Assembly: GCA_963770895.1 (NCBI GenBank)
Contig: CAVYRF010000002.1
Location: 352,001-416,000, forward strand
Source: an uncultured Acidobacteriota bacterium
GTDB lineage: Bacteria; Acidobacteriota; Thermoanaerobaculia; Multivoradales; UBA5704
DNA: 64,000 bases
Direction: 5' to 3'
The position numbers and the translations under genes are program-made. Shown here piece by piece: positions 39,952 through 49,942 of this stretch (the stretch's first letter is position 1; every line of letters begins with the position of its first letter). The notes beneath the pieces were generated by a model. The model did no database searches. It was not told the DNA's origin and was given only the letters and a program-made list of their open reading frames with translations.

Positions 39952-41280
39952 ATGACGATCGATGACGCCCTGGGGCTGCCGGTGGATCTCCTGCAGAAGG
40001 CCGTCGCTACCCTTGTCGAGCTGACCGCGATCTCCTCGGCAAGCGGCGAACCGGCCGGCCTCAACGCCCTGGCAGAACGCCTGGCCGCGGAGCTCCAGGC
40101 GCGCGGTCTGCACACCGAGGTGCGCCAGACGCCATCCGCCGGCGCCACGCTGCCGGTCCTCTACGCGCGCAGCCCCGGCCCGGGCTCCGGCTTCCTCGCC
40201 CCCAGCGCAACCGGCGCCTCAGGCGACGCGGCCGCCTCCCCACCCGCCGGGGCCGCGGGCAACGGCCACGGCCACCTGCTGCTCATCGGCCACATGGACA
40301 CCGTGCTGCCGGCGGCGCCCCCCCGCCGCGAAGCCGACCGGCTGATCGCGACCGGCGCCGTGGACATGAAGGGAGGCCTGGTGACCCTCCTGGCCGCCCT
40401 CGACCTCCTGGCGCGGCGCGGCGCGGTGCCGCCCGCCGACCTGCTGCTGGCGGTGGTCCCCGACGAAGAGGTCGGCGGCGAGCTGTCGCGTGCCACCGTC
40501 GCCGCCTGCGGCGCCGAGGCGCGAGCCCTATGGGTCCTGGAGCCGGGCGAGCCCGGAAGCGCCCCCGGCGCCGAAACCGCCGTCGGCGGCCGCCGCGGCA
40601 TGTTCAACTGGCGCCTGCTGGCGGAAGGCCGGTCTGCCCACTCCGGCCTGCACTTCGCCGCAGGACGCTCCGCCCTGCTCGCCGCCGCCCGCTGGAGCAC
40701 CGCCGCGGCCAGCGACCCCGCGGCCAACGGCGCCGCCCTGCAAGCCCCGACCGTCAACGTCGGCAGGCTCGTCGCCGGCGACGCCAGCTTCGTCGGCAAC
40801 CTGGCCCAAACCCACGACTTCGTGGGCACCGAGCGCCAGCTCAACGTGGTGCCCAACCGCGCCATCGTCGAAGGCGAAGTCCGCTTCACCCGCCCCGCCG
40901 ACGCCCAAGCCGCCACCACCACCCTGACCAACCTCGCCGCCGACGTCGCCGCCCAAACCGAAACCACCCTGCGTTTCACCCGCGGCGCCACCGTCCCCCC
41001 CGTCGACCCGCACGGCCCTCAGCGACCCATCCTTGCTCGCGCCGTAGCCCTGGCCGCAGCGCGCGGCTGGCACCTGCAGGTGGAAGAAGAGCGCGGCGGC
41101 ATCTCCTTTCCCAACTTCCTCCCCAACCCCGGCCACCTCCCCGTCCTGGACGGCCTGGGTCCCATCGGCGGCGGCATGCACACCCGCGACGAGTACGTCG
41201 ACCTGCTGTCCCTGCAACGCCGCATCGTGCTGCTCGCAGACCTCCTGGCCGAGGACGCCGAAGCCCGCTGCCGCGCCTGA
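39952..41280 (+). CDS. M20 family metallopeptidase (carboxypeptidase G2-like)
   Basis: Motifs GHMDTV, GAVDMKGG, DEEVG, GRSAHSG, NVVP, GGGMHTRDE. Confidence 0.88.
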   Translation: MTIDDALGLPVDLLQKAVATLVELTAISSASGEPAGLNALAERLAAELQARGLHTEVRQTPSAGATLPVLYARSPGPGSGFLAPSATGASGDAAASPPAGAAGNGHGHLLLIGHMDTVLPAAPPRREADRLIATGAVDMKGGLVTLLAALDLLARRGAVPPADLLLAVVPDEEVGGELSRATVAACGAEARALWVLEPGEPGSAPGAETAVGGRRGMFNWRLLAEGRSAHSGLHFAAGRSALLAAARWSTAAASDPAANGAALQAPTVNVGRLVAGDASFVGNLAQTHDFVGTERQLNVVPNRAIVEGEVRFTRPADAQAATTTLTNLAADVAAQTETTLRFTRGATVPPVDPHGPQRPILARAVALAAARGWHLQVEEERGGISFPNFLPNPGHLPVLDGLGPIGGGMHTRDEYVDLLSLQRRIVLLADLLAEDAEARCRA

Positions 41281-41299
41281 AGACCGGGCGCGCACGCGC

Positions 41300-41416
41300 C
41301 TACGCATGCCGGTCAAGCCGACGTACCCGCACGACGGCCGCCGGCAGGGAAAGGATCTCTGGATCTCCAGTGAGGATTGCCCAGGCGTCAACGACCGCGA
41401 CGTTGCCGCCGCTCAT
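41300..41416 (-). pseudogene. Internally deleted VapC/PIN toxin (38 aa)
   Basis: Manual translation MSGGNVAVVDAWAILTGDPEILSLPAAVVRVRRLDRHA joins the PIN N-terminal D motif directly to the C-terminal TGD motif. Overlaps the AbrB gene end. Confidence 0.7.
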
Positions 41417-41657
41417 CCGCTTCGATCTCGGCTCGGTGATCGGCTTCCAAGGCCGTGACCGGATCTCCCGGGAGATCCTGAAAACAGCCGAAGAGAACGT
41501 CGATCGAATGCTCGGCCGCGACCGGAGTCAGGCGCACAGACCCATCGCCGACCACTTCGACCGCAAGCCGAGTGCCCGACACCCAGCGAAGTTGCTCGCG
41601 GACGACCTTGGGAATCACGACCTGACCCTTGCTGGTGACGCGGGTTGCAGCCCTCAT
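41388..41657 (-). CDS. AbrB/MazE/SpoVT-type antitoxin
   Basis: TRVTSKGQVVIPKVVREQL...GTRL signature. Confidence 0.88.
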   Translation of the reverse strand: MRAATRVTSKGQVVIPKVVREQLRWVSGTRLAVEVVGDGSVRLTPVAAEHSIDVLFGCFQDLPGDPVTALEADHRAEIEADERRQRRGR

Positions 41658-41856
41658 GAACGCAATCTTACAAGTGATGTAAGACAGCAGCCAACGTTCG
41701 AACGAGGCGCCCGCCGGCGTCGCGGTTCGCATCCGGCGCCGCCGCACACCCTTGCTCTTGAGCCAAGGCCCCCCTGCCACTGCGCGCTTCACACTGCCGG
41801 CGCATGACGGTGCAGCAGTACAACCCGACCGCGCCCCGTCCTTGGAAGCACCCGAC

Positions 41857-43770
41857 TTACTTCGCTGCAAGAACCTTCCGGCACCAGGCCTGGAGAAGCG
41901 TCCGCCGGCTGCTCGATAGATCGCGGGTGCGCGGCATGTAGTGGCTCGACATCCAGTTGGCCGGCGCCGGGCTGGTGGCGTCCAGGATGGCCTGCGCGTG
42001 CTCGGTGACCGCGGCCTCCTTGTTGAGCAAGAAGACCTGGTTCATCGCCGGATAGAGCAGGTAGTAGGTCCGCAGCACCTTCTGGTAGACCACGTCGAAC
42101 GTCAGCTGGGCGTTGCCCACCGGCTCCGGGTCGGCCGGGTCCACGTAGTAGCGGGAGAAGTCCTCGCCGTTGGGCAGCAGGCGCAGGCTGATCTGCGGCC
42201 GGTTGGTAATGAACGGCGGGAACATGAACGTGCCGTAGCTGGCCGGCGGCGGGGCCTGGCCGTCGACGGTGAAGGTGAGCAGGAAGTTTCCCGGCTGGTC
42301 GGTCGCGATCGGGATCGGCTGGCCCGGCTTGTAGCCGGTGGCGATCGCCACCGCATTGCCGGGGGCCTGGAGCGGCACGGACGCGTACCACCAGACCGTG
42401 AGCGGCGGGCACGTGCCGGCCGCGAGCTGCTGGCCCTGGCGAAAGACCACGACGCTCGCCGGCTCCGCGCTCCCATTGTTCACCAGCTCGGTTCCAGAGC
42501 CGCCCTGCTCACCGTAGATCGCCTGCTGGTTGCTGACGATGTAGTAGTCGGTCTCCGCCAGAACGACGACGGACGCCGCATGGCGGAGCTGGAACGTGCC
42601 GCCGCCCTTGGAAGCCAGGATCTGCTGCGCCGCCGCATTCGCCGAGATGTTGAAGTCGAACAGCCAGCCGCCCTGGTTCCCCGCGTCCGTATCCGCGTAG
42701 CTCACCGGTCCCACCGTGGCGCTAGCGCTCCCGTTGGTGACCACCAGGGAGACCGGTCCGAAGTCGTACTTGGGGTTGACGCCCGCCTGGAAGTAGTCCG
42801 GGAACGTGCCGGAGAAATCGGCGGAGATGCGGTCGCCCTCCACCGCGAGCACCGCCGGCGCCAGGGCGATCAAACCATTCTGGCCGTTGTTCTGCGAGCC
42901 CGAGGGGGTGGCGATCGACGGCGTGTCGGCCACCATCAGCCGGCCCACCGGCCCGGTGAAGATGGTTTCGCTCTCATACAGGGGCGCCAGGGTGGCGACC
43001 AGCTGGATGACCGCGGAGTTGGGCGCCTGTTTTTCGTAAAGGGCCTCGATCTTCGTGTTGCCCACGACCGTCTGCGTCGACTGGAAGAGGTAGTAACGCA
43101 GGATGACGCCGACGATCCGCGGATCGTCGAAACCTGGAATGTCGATCACGACGCCCGAGCCCTTGCGCAGCACGTGGTAGACATAGCCGGCAGCGCCCGC
43201 GTCCTGGGTCAAGTTGACGTTGCGATAGAAGTTGAGCCACTGACAGGAACCCTTGGACCCGCCGCCGCTGAGCCAGGTCCGGTCCCCCTGCGAGAGCTTC
43301 ACCGTGCTGAGGAAAAACTGCGTGGCGGGCGGCGAGCCTTCCGAGTTCACGTCCGTCATGGTGCCGGAGAAGCCCAGCGTCGCACCCAGCAGACCGGTGA
43401 CCGGAACTGCACTGTCCGGGCTGGTATGCACCTGCTCCGGCGCCGTCGTCACCCCGACCACGCTGGCCGAGGTCAAGTTCATGCTCATGCCCCCGTAGTA
43501 GTTCCACTCCGCAGGGATGATCTGCGTCTGCCCACCCTGGGCGTCGAACGTCTGCGCCTTCTGCACCCAGGCGATGAAATCCGCATCGGACATGCCATAG
43601 GTCCGAGCCTCGACCAGCTTCGAATCGATCAGCGCCAGCGTCTGCCCGGCATAAGGCCCATAGCTATCAGGCAGCGTGACGGCACCCGCATAGTCATCGT
43701 TGTTCGCCGTGCCAGGGCTCACCGTCAGCACGCCAGTCACATTGATCCGAGGGAAGTCAAACAGGCTCAT
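41857..43770 (-). CDS. VioB/RebD/StaD-like protein lacking the C-terminal ferritin-like domain
   Basis: N-terminus MSLFDFPRI...PGTANND and C-terminal YYLLYPAM...YMPRTRDLS resemble VioB motifs as recalled; GGAGGAG RBS. Confidence 0.6.
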   Translation of the reverse strand: MSLFDFPRINVTGVLTVSPGTANNDDYAGAVTLPDSYGPYAGQTLALIDSKLVEARTYGMSDADFIAWVQKAQTFDAQGGQTQIIPAEWNYYGGMSMNLTSASVVGVTTAPEQVHTSPDSAVPVTGLLGATLGFSGTMTDVNSEGSPPATQFFLSTVKLSQGDRTWLSGGGSKGSCQWLNFYRNVNLTQDAGAAGYVYHVLRKGSGVVIDIPGFDDPRIVGVILRYYLFQSTQTVVGNTKIEALYEKQAPNSAVIQLVATLAPLYESETIFTGPVGRLMVADTPSIATPSGSQNNGQNGLIALAPAVLAVEGDRISADFSGTFPDYFQAGVNPKYDFGPVSLVVTNGSASATVGPVSYADTDAGNQGGWLFDFNISANAAAQQILASKGGGTFQLRHAASVVVLAETDYYIVSNQQAIYGEQGGSGTELVNNGSAEPASVVVFRQGQQLAAGTCPPLTVWWYASVPLQAPGNAVAIATGYKPGQPIPIATDQPGNFLLTFTVDGQAPPPASYGTFMFPPFITNRPQISLRLLPNGEDFSRYYVDPADPEPVGNAQLTFDVVYQKVLRTYYLLYPAMNQVFLLNKEAAVTEHAQAILDATSPAPANWMSSHYMPRTRDLSSSRRTLLQAWCRKVLAAK

Positions 43771-43890
43771 CGCTCCTCCTCCCAGGCAGCATCACAGCCC
43801 TACCGTAACTGCCAATTCATGAATTCGCATCATGCCACGGGGTGGTATACGGGTCAAGGTCCCGGTTTCGCATCTCGCCAGGTGCGGCGC

Positions 43891-44358
43891 TTACTCCGCC
43901 GCACGCAGAAACTCGAAGAACCTCTCGATCTGGCCTCGATAGAGGGGTTCAAGGCGTTGCGCCGCAGCGACGACAAGACCCAACCGCGCCGCGTCCAAGC
44001 GCGCGCTGTAGGCAGAGCGAAACAGGTGCCGAAATCGCAGCAGCTCCTCGAGCGCTGCGAACGCCGCATCGTCGATCACCGCCGGCCGCACAGGACTGAG
44101 ATCCAGCCGCATTCTTTCCAGCAGCTGCCGGTGCCAACCCGCGCGGTCGTCAAGGGAGTTCTCGAAAGCGATGGCGACATTGCGGAAGATGTTCTCGAAC
44201 GCCGTGTAGAGGTTATGCAGACGGTAGGCCGCAACGATCAGCGCCTCGTCGGAGGGAGCGCTGCCGAGCACATCGGCTCCCAGCGCCGCATAGAGGTCGT
44301 CGACGGTCGCCAGATCCTTGCGGACGCTAGCTTCGAGGAGGATCATTCCGTCGCGCAT
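43891..44358 (-). CDS. HepT-like HEPN ribonuclease toxin
   Basis: LHNLYTAFENIF, WHRQLL, RPAVI, FRHLFRSAY; overlaps the MNT gene. Confidence 0.85.
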   Translation of the reverse strand: MRDGMILLEASVRKDLATVDDLYAALGADVLGSAPSDEALIVAAYRLHNLYTAFENIFRNVAIAFENSLDDRAGWHRQLLERMRLDLSPVRPAVIDDAAFAALEELLRFRHLFRSAYSARLDAARLGLVVAAAQRLEPLYRGQIERFFEFLRAAE

Positions 44359-44743
44359 AGCAGAGCTCTCCGTAGGCAGAAACCGCTTCGGCCACAGCCC
44401 CCAGAAGCGGGCGCAGATCGACATTGCGCAGCAGCGCCCGCTCCAAGTCCCGCCATAACGGCGTCTCGGACGCAATGTCGTCGCTGTCCACCGCAAGATC
44501 GATATCGGAATGGGGACTGAACCGGCCAGCCTGGACAATGGAACCGAAAACATAGATTCGCCGAATCGGCGGATACCCCGCCGCGTAGCGAGGCACGACC
44601 TCCCGCACCAGCGCCAGCGCCTCCAACCGCTGCCGTTCGCGCAGCTCCTGCCTCTCGGCCTCACGCCGAAGGTGGAACTCTCGAAAAGCCTCCTGAGCCG
44701 GGGTTGCCACGGAATAGGAGTCTATCTCACAGTCGCCCACCAT
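44327..44743 (-). CDS. Minimal nucleotidyltransferase (MNT) antitoxin
   Basis: YVFGS...SDIDLAV...VDL motif. Start ATG 44743 or GTG 44710. Confidence 0.87.
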   Translation of the reverse strand: MVGDCEIDSYSVATPAQEAFREFHLRREAERQELRERQRLEALALVREVVPRYAAGYPPIRRIYVFGSIVQAGRFSPHSDIDLAVDSDDIASETPLWRDLERALLRNVDLRPLLGAVAEAVSAYGELCYARRNDPPRS

Positions 44744-45038
44744 CCGAGCCCGGCAACTGCCGCCTCCCTCAGCGGTTGCCTCACCTCCAGCGAGGCCCGA
44801 CCACATGGAACAAAGAGGCCGGGAAGGAGCCCGGGAGTTACTTTCGGCACGCACGTCTGCTAGACCCCGCTGGCTCACGTCCATGAGTACCGGTCCCATG
44901 CGACAACATGATCGACCTACGTTGAAGACAGTGCCCCTTCGCCCCGGATGTCACGAAGCGAATCCGGCAGAAGATCCGCCAGGCGCCCCGCGCAAGGGCG
45001 ACGAAGACGATTCCCAGCCGCTGCGTTTCGGCCCGCGA

Positions 45039-48000
45039 GTTTCAATCCACGCCCCCCGCAGGAGGCGACGGCCGGCAGTGGCGCCACTACGTCCACGGCA
45101 AAGTTTCAATCCACGCCCCCGCACAGGGGGCGACCACGCCGGTGGATTCCGGTCGCGCTCGCGCCAGTTGGTTTCAATCGACGCCCCCCGCGCAGGGGGC
45201 GACGCCTTGAGGCGCGACCATGCGTCGGTCGTGTCCTGTTTCAAGCCACGCCCCCGCGCAGGGGGCGACCACCCAGGCGCGCCGAATGTTCCGCCGGTGA
45301 CAAAGTTTCAAGCCACGCCCCCGCGCAGGGGGCGACCCGCTGTTCACCAAGATTGGCTGTCCCGGCGAGAGTTTCAATCCACGCCCCCGCGCAGGGGGCG
45401 ACGAGGCGATCGACTGCCCTACGTGCGACGGCAGCGGGTTTCAATCCACGCCCCCGCGCAGGGGGCGACTCGAGGTGCGCCGGGTCGGCGAACACGTTGA
45501 ACTTGTTTCAATCCACGCCGCCGCGCAGGGGGCGACTCGACGTAGCGCAACGAAAGGAGATAGATCATGAGTTTCAATCCACGCCCCCGCGCAGGGGGCG
45601 ACAGTCTCTTGAGCAGGCACTGACTGCGCTTCGCGAGTTTCAATCCACGCCCCCGCGCAGGGGGCGACCTGTGTTGAGGGTGGATAGGCCAGCATTGGCT
45701 AGTTTCAATCCACGCCCCCGCGCAGGGGGCGACAAGCATTTTCTGCCACTGCTGTAGTGTCACCACTGTTTCAATCCACGCCCCCGCGCAGGGGGCGACG
45801 CGCGCAGCACCTTGCGCTTGCGGGCGAACAGACTGTTTCACTCCACGCCCCCGCGCAGGGGGCGACGAAAGTCCGTCCAAGTCCTCAGTCGCGACGATCG
45901 GGTTTCAATCCACGCCCCCGCGCAGGGGGCGACGCGCACCTTCGCCCCGGAGGTGGAGGCGATAAGGCGTTTCAATCCACGCCCCCGCGCAAGGGGGCGA
46001 CCCCATGAGCCCGAAGGGTTTGATAGGCCCAACAAGTTTCAATCCACGCCCCCGCGCAGGGGGCGACAGTGGCCGGAGGTGGGCTGCTGGGACAGCGAGT
46101 GTTTCAATCCACGCCCCCGCGCAGGGGGCGACTACCGGGCGGCTCCGCTGAGAACGGCAGTTGCGGGTTTCAATCCACGCCCCCGCGCAGGGGGCGACTT
46201 GCCGGCGGACTCGTTGATCGAGGCGCCCTGCTGTTTCAATCCACGCCCCCGCGCAGGGGGCGACTCGCTGGATGCCGGCGGGATCTCGATGGTCACCGGT
46301 TTCAATCCACGCCCCCGCGCAGGGGGCGACGCGAGATCTTCGCGGCCACCCGCGAGGCGTTTTTGTTTCAATCCACGCCCCCGCGCAGGGGGCGACAGAG
46401 TGCTCGTGCCCGATCTTCCAAGCTCATCTCGTTTCAATCCACGCCCCCGCGCAGGGGGCGACAAGTATTCAATGCGTCGATCCGCCGAGCGAAAGAGTTT
46501 CAATCCACGCCCCCGCGCAGGGGGCGACGGCGAAAACACAACTCCTTTTTCGGCATACCCCAGGTTTCAATCCACGCCCCCGCGCAGGGGGCGACCCGAT
46601 CCGCTCTCTACTATCGTCGTCGGTCTTCTGTTTCAATCCACGCCCCCGCGCAGGGGGCGACGCGGACGCCGAAAGCGACACGGACGCGGCCACAAAGTTT
46701 CAATCCACGCCCCCGCGCAGGGGGCGACGTCAGGTGTTGATTCTGCAGGCAACGCTCCCGAAGTTTCAATCCACGCCCCCGCGCAGGGGGCGACCAGCAT
46801 CATCGTGATGATGGATGCCGTTATCAAGTTTCAATCCACGCCCCCGCGCAGGGGGCGACGCGATGCAGGCCGCGCAGAAGACCGGCAGCCTGATGTTTCA
46901 ATCCACGCCCCCGCGCAGGGGGCGACTCCGATTCCACGTGCCCTGTTCCTTTACGACCTTGTTTCAATCCACGCCCCCGCGCAGGGGGCGACATCCATGG
47001 GAAGCGGGGACGAAGTGGCAGATCCAGTTTCAATCCACGCCCCCGCGCAGGGGGCGACCGGACCCAGCCGTGACCACCTCCGGCCAGGAACTGGTTTCAA
47101 TCCACGCCCCCGCGCAGGGGGCGACAGGATTGCCCACGCGATGTGCGCGGCGTTCAGGAAGTTTCAATCCACGCCCCCGCGCAGGGGGCGACCTAGCCGG
47201 TAGCATTTCTCATTCGCGCTGTAAGGGTTTCAATCCACGCCCCCGCGCAGGGGGCGACGTTATCAGCGACCGCCTTGAGCCGATCGGCCGTCAGTTTCAA
47301 TCCACGCCCCCGCGCAGGGGGCGACATTTTCATTGGGCACCTCCAAGCAGGAGTGACCAGTTTCAATCCACGCCCCCGCGCAGGGGGCGACCAAAGACAT
47401 CGGGGAGGGTCCGGTAGAGGTGCGAGTTTCAATCCACGCCCCCGCGCAGGGGGCGACGGTGTGTTGCTCCTGTGTCTGTGCTGCCTGGTTGGTTTCAATC
47501 CACGCCCCCGCGCAGGGGGCGACTGACGCCAGTCCCTTCGATCAATCCTTGGTAGAAGTTTCAATCCACGCCCCCGCGCAGGGGGCGACGCGGTGTCGAC
47601 GCCGTTCCACTTCACCCCGTTGTTGTTTCAATCCACGCCCCCGCGCAGGGGGCGACCCAGGTGGTGGCGGCTGTGGACCTAAAGAGAAAAGTTTCAATCC
47701 ACGCCCCCGCGCAGGGGGCGACTCGTGCAGGGTGCTGGTCATAGCGCGGATCTCCCGGTTTCAATCCACGCCCCCGCGCAGGGGGCGACTGCTGGCGCAG
47801 CGCATTTTGCTGTACGTCGAGGAGTTTCAATCCACGCCCCCGCGCAGGGGGCGACCTTACCGTCACGCCGTCTCTAGAGCTTATTACGAGTTTCAATCCA
47901 CGCCCCCGCGCAGGGGGCGACCCCGACGGCTACGCAGTGACGCAGACAGACATGGTTTCAATCCACGCCCCCGCGCAGGGGGCGACGCTGGCGAGCGCCC

Positions 48001-49452
48001 CCTGGACGGTGGCATACGATCCGTTTCAATCCACGCCCCCGCGCAGGGGGCGACCTTATTGGCCTCGCTCGGATTCGCAAGCGTGTTGAGTTTCAATCCA
48101 CGCCCCCGCGCAGGGGGCGACGCCTGATTTTATGCAAGGCACCCTCAGCGCCACGGGTTTCAATCCACGCCCCCGCGCAGGGGGCGACCTTCGCCCACCG
48201 GGCCATTGGGTCGTGAAGCATAAGTTTCAATCCACGCCCCCGCGCAGGGGGCGACGGTAGCTAGAGCCAACGCCGATACCGGAGACAGGTTTCAATCCAC
48301 GCCCCCGCGCAGGGGGCGACCTGGAACCCGATCGCCAAACGCGGCGGCTGGTACGGGTTTCAATCCACGCCCCCGCGCAGGGGGCGACCGTAGCCCGTAC
48401 ACCACTCCTTCGTGAAGCTGTCGTTTCAATCCACGCCCCCGCGCAGGGGGCGACACCAACGTCGGCTGCACCATGCTGGTGAAGGACATGTTTCAATCCA
48501 CGCCCCCGCGCAGGGGGCGACATCGGTCTGGGTGTCGGAGATGACCTCCGCGACCTGGTTTCAATCCACGCCCCCGCGCAGGGGGCGACTTTCGAGCGTC
48601 GCAAATCTCACCTCTTCCCCGATGTTTCAATCCACGCCCCCGCGCAGGGGGCGACCAGGCACCAGGTACCCGAGTCTTAGCAAGCTCGAATGGTTTCAAT
48701 CCACGCCCCCGCGCAGGGGGCGACGCTGCCGAATCGAGGTGATCTAACCATGTCTCTTGTTTCAATCCACGCCCCCGCGCAGGGGGCGACCCCCGGTCAG
48801 CACACAGGGGAAACACGAATGGATGTTTCAATCCACGCCCCCGCGCAGGGGGCGACTTGTAGCCCCCGTTGACGCGGTGCGTAATCTCGCGTTTCAATCC
48901 ACGCCCCCGCGCAGGGGGCGACACGGGGCTGCTCCAGGGGCTCGCCGGCACCACGAGTTTCAATCCACGCCCCCGCGCAGGGGGCGACATGGCCGGCCTA
49001 GATGTGCTGACGAAGACGATGCAGTTTCAATCCACGCCCCCGCGCAGGGGGCGACTACCGGCAACGCGATGGGCGCGAAGCCGGCAAAGTTTCAATCCAC
49101 GCCCCCGCGCAGGGGGCGACCACACTCGGAGACTGAGTGTGTTCCCGTCTACTCGTTTCAATCCACGCCCCCGCGCAGGGGGCGACCGGCTTCGGAATAA
49201 TAGCCACTGCCGGGAACCCAGTTTCAATCCACGCCCCCGCGCAGGGGGCGACTTCGCCGAGCAGATCATCGATCAAAAGCTCCTGGTTTCAATCCACGCC
49301 CCCGCGCAGGGGGCGACTTGACGTTGACGACACCGAGGGTATCGAGCGACTTGTTTCAATCCACGCCCCCGCGCAGGGGGCGACCGAATGATCAATGACG
49401 TACGCGCCGGCCGCATGGTTGTTTCAATCCACGCCCCCGCGCAGGGGGCGAC
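45039..49452 (-). CRISPR. Type I-C CRISPR array 1, ~67 repeats; crRNA-sense repeat GTCGCCCCCTGCGCGGGGGCGTGGATTGAAAC
   Basis: 32-nt repeats with ~32-37-nt spacers. Degenerate repeats at the left (trailer) end and the leader on the right imply minus-strand transcription. Confidence 0.98.
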
Positions 49453-49640
49453 TGCGGCTCCTGAAGTATCTGATTCTTAAGGAACCAAAGTCCAGAATCC
49501 GCGAACCTACCCCCGGGTGCCCCGGATGGTCGGGCCGCACGCCTCGCAAAGATGCGCAAAGCTTTCGTGCCCAGCGCGTAAGAGGCTCCGCGAACCTCTG
49601 CTGGAGGGAGTTGCTTGCTAGGGGTTCGCGGGCAACCCGC
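49453..49640 (-). promoter_or_regulatory. CRISPR leader 1
   Basis: Lies between cas2 and the first repeat; homologous to 63564-63745; IHF-like AATCAGATACTT and repeated CCGCGAACCT motifs. Confidence 0.85.
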
Positions 49641-49645
49641 TTCCG

Positions 49646-49936
49646 TCAGGCGATCAGCGGGCCATCGAGGTCCAGGACCGTCTTGATGCCATGATGTTCC
49701 TTGCGACCCTTCCAGTTGGCGCCCAGGAAGTAGAAGCGCAGGCTGTCCTCGGTCTCGTCAAATTCCCTCAGCAGCCTCAGGCGTAGCTGGGTCCATTGCG
49801 TGGGATCGACCAGACACTCAAAGACCGAATTCTGGACGCGCTGGCCGTAATCAAGGCAACACTTGGCGACGCGCCGGAGACGGCGGCGTCCGGCGAGTGT
49901 AGTCGTGGAGACGTCGTAGCTGACCAGAACGAGCAT
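49646..49936 (-). CDS. cas2: CRISPR-associated Cas2
   Basis: MLVLVSYDV...GQRVQNSVFEC...EDSLRFY. Confidence 0.97.
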   Translation of the reverse strand: MLVLVSYDVSTTTLAGRRRLRRVAKCCLDYGQRVQNSVFECLVDPTQWTQLRLRLLREFDETEDSLRFYFLGANWKGRKEHHGIKTVLDLDGPLIA

Positions 49937-49942
49937 GGCGCT

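Noticed and set aside
41941-44520. 859-aa plus-strand ORF
   Set aside because: Antisense to the VioB-like, HEPN and MNT genes, which carry the real motifs and RBSs.
45070-45102. Trailer spacer with a 9-10-nt match near the cas3 promoter (possible autoregulation)
   Set aside because: The match is a short GC-rich palindrome (ggcgccact) expected by chance; no extended pairing.
44805-49694. ORFs with repeating [10 protein letters not shown] / [11 protein letters not shown]
   Set aside because: Translations of CRISPR repeats; the same applies to array 2.
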